A stretch of 64,000 bases of DNA, from positions 186,001 to 250,000 of the forward strand of contig JASVEC010000022.1 in assembly GCA_030770535.1 (NCBI GenBank). The letters run 5' to 3'. The stretch comes from Batkoa obscura. Taxonomy: Eukaryota. A program made the translations under genes and the position numbers. The first letter of the stretch is position 1. Every line of letters starts with the position of its first letter. Below, piece by piece: positions 56,240 to 64,000 of this stretch. The notes below the pieces were generated by a model. It searched no databases, was not told the DNA's origin, and saw only the letters and a program-made list of their open reading frames with translations.

Positions 56240-57309
56240 ATGAGTTTATGCAAAATAACTTAAACACTGAAAAGGACAATGTAATTTATTCTATTAAGTT
56301 TAACCCAATTTATTAAACAATGCTAGACTAGCAATATCGAATTGAACGAGATCGTTATAACACAAAATATGATAGGTCCAAGCAAAAAACCATAACTCTT
56401 ATTAAAATTAAAGAGCTATTCAAACTTTTTAGGCTTATAATAAATCAAATATGATATAGTATGTATAAAAAAACTAAATTGGATATTGTAAAATGCTGGT
56501 TGCGTCTAATGAAATGCTCATAAAATCTCTAACAGCTTCAAACGAACTACATGAGTTGGCATTGGAAAGTCGACAATTGAAATTTGAAAGTAGTAAAGAA
56601 AAATTGAAAGTTGAAAAAGACGTTCTTGATAAATTAAGAAAAATAGTTGGATTTACTAAAAATTATGAGACAAGTAGAGAGTTTGAAAAAAAGAAAAAGA
56701 AGAATTAGGCTTGGATTTCTTGAAAATCGCATAGAAAGAGCTTGGTTTAAATATTAAAAATAGGACATTAGATATAGAATCATTAGAAATTGCACAGAAA
56801 AAAAATAAAGAAATTATGTGGAATATTCAAGCTTTCGAGAAAGAGCCAAGAGCCAAGAGCCAAAAATAATCAAGTTCAGAAAATAGAAAAGGAAGCTAGA
56901 ATAAAAGAAAAGGCTAGATTGAAAGAAGAGGCTAGAATGAAAGAAAAAATTAGGTTGGAAGAAAAAGCTAGAGTGAGAGAAGAGGCGAATAAATGAAGCA
57001 AAAGGCCAGTTTAGAAAAAAGAGTGAGTTGCAAATGATAAATGCCGGAATTAAATCAGAGGAAGAAGAGGTTGTAATAAAAATAGTAGAAGAATAAATAA
57101 AATCAGGAAGAAACTATTGAAATCCAAACAATACAAGACGACCAGTCTATGCTATACCAAGAAATGGATGAGAATCAACTTGTGAAAGAAGATGCACTGT
57201 TGGAAAAGGAAGAGTTAAAGTATTTACAAAAAAGTATGGAGGCCAAAGAGAAGAGGAAAAGATTATATGAAACATTGAAAAATGCCAAAAAGCAAAAGTA
57301 AATTATGAA
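56240..57309 (+). pseudogene. Coiled-coil family copy, disrupted
   Basis: TTTAG|GCTTAT junction, EEKAR repeats, 3' LLEKEELKYLQK...EKRKRLYETLKNAKKQ; multiple stops. Confidence 0.7.
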
Positions 57310-58600
57310 CTAAGATAATAAAAATTATCTTATTTATCACTATTGCTATGATATTTATAATTTTAATGTTTATTGTGATTTGATTTTGGTGACCTTTTAA
57401 ATAAAATAATGTTGATAATATTGAGTGATTTCAAATAAATATTAACAAAGTTTTGCTATCTTTAGCTTTTTTTTAGGTTTGTTATCCCATGTTGTAAGTT
57501 TATTTATTGGAGTTAAACATTATTCTTTATTGGTTTGTTGACTGTGAATGGAACCTTAAATTATGACTGACTTCTATCAATACGCTTGATGGGTATCAAT
57601 CTTTCAATCGTGTTTAATGGCCCTTTCATTCTTTTTCATTGAGAGTCCATCTCCTTTGGCTTGGAATCAGTTTTTCCTTTAACCACTCCCTCCATCATGT
57701 AGCTCATACACTGCCACTTCAATGAAATCGACTACAATTATATAAGTTATATTATTCTAATTGATGTTACCTTTCAAGAATAGCAGCCACTCTTCACCAA
57801 ATTAATTATATCTAGTCCTTCAAATTAAAAAGTCTTCTAAGGGGGTCAAACCCTTGAAGTCCGTATCCTTTGGTTCTTTGGTCAATATACTGTATCATAG
57901 ACTGAATTTACTACCATGCGTTTTTCAAATCATTTATTGTGTGACAGTGATATTTTATCGAATCTTTTTTCATCTACTAATTTTCCTTTTATTGGAGTTA
58001 CTAAAGATCAATACTTATTGTTTTATTTAAAGCAAAGTATTAAGCATTTACAATTTTTCCAAATAATTGTTTTAAAGTCGAAAATTTTTATTGTATTTTA
58101 ACAAAATTTACAAAATTATTTGTAAACTTTGCTTTAAAATTAGTTGTAATAAATTCTTATTAGGCTTTTTTTCTAAATTCTTGAAGGAGATAAGTCCCCA
58201 AGTGTTCATTTATTAAGAATAACTAGTTAAAGGAATACGGAGCTATGGGCAGTTTTGAAAGAGTATCACAGCCAGCTTTGAAACTCTTATAACAATTTAT
58301 TATTAAAAAATAGTGTTCTCTATAATGTTAAACGTTAATGTAAATAGTATAAAAATTTCAAATGTCAACTGTTAGAAATTTAACAATAAATAATGCTTCA
58401 ATTTACATTAAACATCTAGCGTTGATGTTTAATAGCTGTATTGTACTTGAATAAATCACCCTTTTAGCATATAAAGGTCAAAAAACTATAATGCTAAAAA
58501 ATAGTGATTTGAAAATAAGTGTAATTGATTGGTTAATTTTTTACATCATTTGATGTGACTGTTTAAACAAAATTTTGATTTTAGATTTTTACTTTTTTAA

Positions 58601-59530
58601 ATGTTTTCGAGAAGTTGGTTTAAATCCTGAGGAGAAAGTAATTTTATTTTTTAAATTTTATGCCGTTCTTGTAAAAAGGTATAAGCTTTGGAATTTTGGA
58701 CTAGAAGAATTCATATTAGCAGACGATATCATAGACCCGATTGAAAAGATGTTATTATACTAAATAAATTTTCGAAGCAAAACAGTCTATTTAGGAATAA
58801 GTTGAGCTAAAATTTATGATAATACTTTTTAATCATTTTATAAAAAGGAATTGTTAATCATAAAGAATGAAACAATCGTAGGATTTATAAACGCTAAGAA
58901 ACCAAAAAAATCGAGATTGAATAGTAAAAAATTAGAACCTGTAAAGAAAAGAAAACAGTTTAAAAATCAAAAAAGAAAAATTTCAAATAAAAAAATGAGG
59001 GTTAGAAGCGGATTTATTCGAAATTAAGAACATAGGTTAAAAAATCAAAGAAGTGATATGACATCGAGTTTGTCAAAACTTGGAGAATACAATATTATGA
59101 CAGCATACTTAATAACAGAAAAAGAAAAAGCTTTGGATGAAATTGAAGAATATGAGGGAGAGCTTCAATAAAAATGAGTCATCTGAAAAAATTGAAGAAA
59201 TCAGGATGAAAAAAGAGGTTAGATTAGAGGAAGAATCAAGGGTTGAGGTGCAAATAGTAAAAGTCGAGGTCAAAGTATAAGATGAAGAAGTAGTGATACA
59301 AGTTGTAGAAATAGAAATAAAATTGGAGGAAGATAGTACTGAAATACAAAAAATGGAAAATGAAAAGTTTACACCGAATCAAATATTGAATGAGAAAAAA
59401 TTCATGGAAGAAGTTGATTTATCAGGGAAGAAAAATTCAAGACATTACAAAACGGAGTGGGGTTTAAATCGAGAAGAAAAAGATCGTGTGAAAGGTTGAG
59501 TAATGCGAAAGAGTAGAGACAATTTATAAA
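58601..59530 (+). pseudogene. Coiled-coil family copy, disrupted
   Basis: Family promoter at about 58527-58567, exon 1 MFSEVGLNPEEK|GT, Lys/Glu-rich body with stops. Confidence 0.6.
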
Positions 59531-59769
59531 TATATTGATAAAAATTTATCTACTTACTATGGTTACTATGGAATTTTTTGTTTTAATAAACATATATATG
59601 ATTCTAACTTACAAAATTACATTAGAACTGAGTTATGGTAATTCAAACTGCAAATAGATTACGTTGCAAAAACAGGTGTTAAAAATCGGTTGCAGTTATT
59701 GGTTGATTTCTACTCTATTAAATGCTTTTTTTTTCTTTTAAGGCTTTTTTCTATGATTTTTTATACTTC

Positions 59770-60910
59770 AAAAATCAATATTCAAAATACAACCTTAAAG
59801 CCGGAAAAAGAAAGCGTAATTTTACTAGTAAATTTCATTTAATATATGAGGATGTTTTTTTTTGGTTTCATCACTTTTTCCATCTTTTAATCACTATTTG
59901 AGCGGAAAAATTGTTAGTAAAATTCTTAAACAAAAAAATACATCCCCATATTAAACATTAATAGGATAAAGATACTGTACGAGATGATCTTATTGTACCA
60001 GGTGGTATGACACAATTAAATGAGATAAAGATAAGCTTAAACAAATTGATCAATCAAATAAATAAACTTTATAAGGCCTATTCCAAATTAAAAATGGAGA
60101 TAAAGGAGACAATATTGAAATTAAACATGGTAAAATATATGTTTGTAACTATGCATCAAGCAATAAAATTATCAAAGGAATCAAATAAACCACAAGAGCC
60201 GGAATTAAAGAACAGAGAACGGAAATTATAAAAGAAGCACTAAAAAAATCAAAAAGATTTTTTAAAGGAATAAAAGAATTAAAGGTACGCCCAATAGAAG
60301 TTATGAAACAAGAAGAGAGCCTGAAAATTGAAAAGAATAAATCAGAAACGAAACTATTGAAAATTACATAGTAAAATAAGGTAGTAAAGTACAAACACCA
60401 AAGCAAAGAATATTTCAAGGAGACCGAATTTATCGAGAAAAAACTGAAGATAAAGAATGCTCAGTTACAGAAAATATAAGAGAAAGCTAAAATAGAACAA
60501 AGGGCTAAAATACAAAAAGCTATACCGGAAGAAAAAGCTAGAATTGAAGAAGAGGCTACAATAAAGGAAGAAGCCGGATTAAAAAAATATAAATTAGAAG
60601 AGAAGTTCAAGGTGGACAAAAAAATATTACACCAAAACTGGTGGGATATGATATGAAGCCGGATGAAGAGATGAATTCCCGATACATCGAAGAAGTAGGT
60701 TCTGGAGATGAAATTATTAATATACGGACATTAGAGGGTATAGAGTTTGGATTAGATCTAGGAGTATAAAGGATCCAAATTATGGACGAAGATGAAGAAT
60801 TGAAGAAGGAAGAGAAAGAGTTTTTGAAAAGAAAAAAGGAGTCAAAGATAGAAATGATAAATTATGTGAATCAGCTAAGGATACTTAGATACAAAAACAA
60901 TATATGAATA
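59770..60910 (+). pseudogene. Coiled-coil family copy with MITE in intron 1, disrupted
   Basis: AYSKLKMEI...QEPELKNR motif; frameshifts and stops. Confidence 0.65.
59848..59947 (+). mobile_element. MITE copy 8
   Basis: GAGGATGT...ACATCCCC with ATAT duplicated. Confidence 0.92.
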
Positions 60911-61391
60911 AAACTAACAAAAAATAGATTATCTAGTATTATTATGACCAATTTTGAAATTTTTATGAGTTTACCATAATTTAACTTTCTATTAAGTATA
61001 TAAATAATAAGCTGAAAAACTTATGTTTTAAAATGAATAAATAAATTTAAATAGACCTAATGCTTGATTATTTAATAATTTTGATTAAAAAATAGTAAAC
61101 TAATCTTTAAAGCTATTATTAACAGAAAACGTGATTATAAATAAAATAAGCTATCCCAATATTTCTAATAGTAATAAAACAAAAAAACTTATCACAAACT
61201 AATGAAAGTTAATATTTAAAATTATTAACAATATTTCAATTATTGTATTATTATAAATTAAAAAGTTTATTTTTGAGTCACATTGTTTATACAATTACCC
61301 TAAATTAAAAATAAGCAAACTATTAATGAATTTGGTTCAATACAAGTATATAAACATGAACTGAGATTTATGTTATTTAAAAAATATGTGA

Positions 61392-62542
61392 ATGAAGGGG
61401 TGCCAATTGTATATACTTCTTATTTTTTTAAAATCAGTTTGCAAAAAGCTATTTCAGACATTGACAGAGAGGAGGTAGATATTGTTACCTAGTTTCAATT
61501 CAACCTATTAAACTTAGATTAGATTAATGATAATGAATTAGATGAACTTGACATAACAGAAGGTATGATAAAGTTAAATCAAAAAGAGGTATCATCCTTA
61601 ATTAAAAATTTAAATAAATTAAATGAACTCGATAGCTTTATACTCATCCGAAATTGAGGATAGCACGTCTAAAGAATGATTTAGAGATACTAAAAGTAAA
61701 TGTTAAAACGGATAATTTTGTTATTAATAAACTAAGTGTTTAAACAAACTACAAAAATAAATATTAAAAAAATGGAAGTTGTAAACTATACAAAAAGGAT
61801 ACGATTTAAAAATTAAAAAGAAAAGTTAAAATAGATTTATTTAAAGTCATGAAAGATAATTTAGAACTTAAAAAAGTAAATTTAGAAGCAGGTCTATTGG
61901 AAATTAACAAAGGAAAAGATAATTTAAAATTTAAAGGGAAAAAATAGAGGCTGGATTATTAAAACTTGCAAATAGTGATACTATTCTAAACATAGAAAAT
62001 ATAACAGAAGATTTAAGGAAAATTTATGCAAATGAAGAGAGTTAGAAGTAAATATCTTCAGTTACAAAAAAGAAAGAAAAAATCAGAATGTAATAAAAAA
62101 CTAGAGCTAATGAAAAAGAAAGGGAAAAGATGCAAGTAGTAGAAATGGAACTTAAATCGGAAGAAGATGATACTGTGATAAAACCAAATAAGGAAAATGA
62201 AAAGTATGAAATGCAAGTAGGAGAAGTAGAGATTAATTCGGAGGAAAGCGGCTTGTAATGAAACTAATTAAGGAAGAAGTTGAATTAGAAGAAGAAAGGA
62301 TTGAAGCACAAATGCTGAAAGAAAGGCAGAGCGGATTAGAGCAAGGGAGTCTTAATCTACAAAATATGGAAAGAAGGGGATCTATGTTAAATCTATGAAC
62401 TTATGAGAATAAATTTATGGAAAAGGATACCCTGCTGGAGAAGGAAGAATCGATGCGTTTACAAAAAGGAATGGAAGTCAAAGAGAAAGGGGAAAAATTA
62501 CATGAAATATTGAAGGATCCTGAAAATCAAAAACAAATATGA
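61392..62542 (+). pseudogene. Coiled-coil family copy, disrupted
   Basis: AYTHPKLRI junction and 3' LLEKEESMRLQK...EKGEKLHEILKDPENQKQI; stops and frameshifts; 5' boundary uncertain. Confidence 0.6.
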
Positions 62543-62664
62543 GTAAATTAAATGAAATCACCCATATGGGTATTATTATTAATGTCTTTTTTTTTAATAT
62601 ACTAAATATTTTTTCGTAATTTTTGATCTATTCTATAAATTATTGCAAATTGAAAGTATGATAT

Positions 62665-62757
62665 GGGGTGTTTTTTTAGTTTCATTACTTTTTCCATTTT
62701 TTAAGCGCTATTTGAGCGGAAAAACTGCTAGTGAAATTCTTAAAAAAATACATCCCC
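62665..62757 (+). mobile_element. MITE copy 9
   Basis: GGGGTGT...ACATCCCC with ATAT duplicated. Confidence 0.92.
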
Positions 62758-62999
62758 ATATTTGTTAGTTTTATTTAAGTCCAAAACTACCTCCAATATG
62801 GTAATAATACCTTCAATGCTATTGATATTTCACTAAATAAAATACAAATACACGTATCGCCCAACATTTTAACATTTGCTTTACAAATCATTATTATAAA
62901 AATCTACAATTCAAATTCTCGAATTCTTTAAAACCATGTACAACCATGCTCTAAGATAACACCTATTAATATAATGAAAATAATACATAACTTCAAAAG

Positions 63000-64000
63000 A
63001 TTAAAAATAACATAGTAAACAAAATTTGAAAATCGTTTAATTTTCATTAAAAAGCCCTATTAAAAAATGGCCATATTTTCTAATTTTTAAACATCTAGTA
63101 AACAATTTTATTGTATTGTTATCTTGATATCAATAATTTTGATTTCTTATAACGTTTTTAACAAAACTATATTATAGCAATGTTATAATATTAAATTTAA
63201 CTTATTTAAGTTGTTTTATTAATTTTTTATTATAATTTTCCAAGGGTCTATAATGACCAAAAACAAGCTACGTTGAACACTTGACTTAAATATTAATAGA
63301 TTAAATGTAATTGCCATTTGGCTACAATTAAAGTTAAATTTAACAACACAGTTTGAATGAACGTATAATATTTATTAAGAAATTAGAATAGTCAACTATG
63401 AAGTTTTGGATTCTATGACACGATACCTATCAATATATCAAATTCAAAGCATAAATCTAAGTATTATATAATAGTGATAATATCCTTGGGCTAGAAGCGG
63501 CTGATTTTGGTCTATTTTAATCGATTTTATTTATGATTTTAACTTTAAATTTAAGTATCTTATTTTGGATATAAAAATAAGGGGATGTGTTTTTGTGTTT
63601 AAGAATTTTACTAACAATTTTTCCACTCAAATAGCGCTTAAAAGATGGAAAAAGTGATAAAGCTAAAAAAACACCCCCATAATGTTACCAAACTTTATTT
63701 AATTCAATCAAATTTATTAAATTATTAAGTACACTGTACTATAGCCATTAAAATATATGTAACTTTAAAAAATTCATCACATATAGGCTAATCTTTATAA
63801 CTTCCAAATGGACAAATGAATGATAAAGCTATATATACTTATTTAACTTGAATATTTATCTTTTAATTGAAAGTAATTTTTTGTAAACAATTTAATGCAA
63901 ATTGCAGCTAAATTGTATTAGCATCATGTAAAAATTGCTAGATATATCAGTAATAAGTATCAGGCAAAAGTACAATAAGTATTATTAATCTATAATACTA
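63000..64000 (+). repeat. Inverted third copy of the non-coding region upstream of the secreted-protein genes
   Basis: Reverse complement aligns with about 33230-34200 and 26450-27350, e.g. GTTTTTGGTCATT...AAAAACGTTATAAGAA and AAAATCAGCCGCTTCTAG. Confidence 0.85.
63581..63678 (-). mobile_element. MITE copy 10
   Basis: ATAA duplicated; the paralogous empty site near 33545 has a single TTAT. Confidence 0.92.

Noticed and set aside
27772..60418. Phe/Leu/Ser-rich ORFs that look like membrane proteins (e.g. 29749-30099, 38126-38362, 42228-42560, 54467-54691, 60149-60418)
   Set aside because: Antisense shadows of the purine-rich Lys/Glu coding strand.
37885..62542. Stop-codon reassignment or readthrough to explain in-frame stops in the coiled-coil family
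   Set aside because: Conserved genes end normally in TAA, TAG and TGA, and the family copies also carry frameshifts and lost starts at differing positions.
24650..64000. RIP-like mutation of duplicated DNA
   Set aside because: The secreted paralogues remain intact with a near-identical tract, and the lesions include indels and transversions. No consistent C-to-T context is evident by eye.

Overview
Very AT-rich, intron-containing eukaryotic DNA with short GT-AG introns and the standard genetic code. Gene content points to an early-diverging fungus, possibly Zoopagomycota/Entomophthorales-like (inference from the myosin-motor chitin synthase and rhodopsin-like GPCR; not checked against a database). 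1-24.3 kb is mostly conserved genes: myosin-motor chitin synthase, two Ste24-like paralogues lacking the catalytic residues, a PPR protein, Nup54/57, SNX4/ATG24, CYS4, TPMT, a GPCR, a secreted lipocalin-like protein and RPN13-like. A second conserved island at 45.2-53.8 kb (VPS34, SWD2, SOG2-like) sits between two accessory arms in opposite orientation. The arms hold about 14 mostly decayed copies of an unrecognised 3-exon Lys/Glu-rich coiled-coil gene with a shared promoter, two copies of an intronless Cys-rich secreted protein with a Kex2-type site, and the inverted upstream region of a probable third copy. A ~100-bp hairpin MITE occurs 10 times with GRG...CYC-like termini and 4-bp target duplications, two of them supported by empty paralogous sites. 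A frameshifted Sola2-type DDD transposase lies next to a terminus resembling that MITE. All assignments are by eye from motifs; boundaries of decayed copies are approximate.
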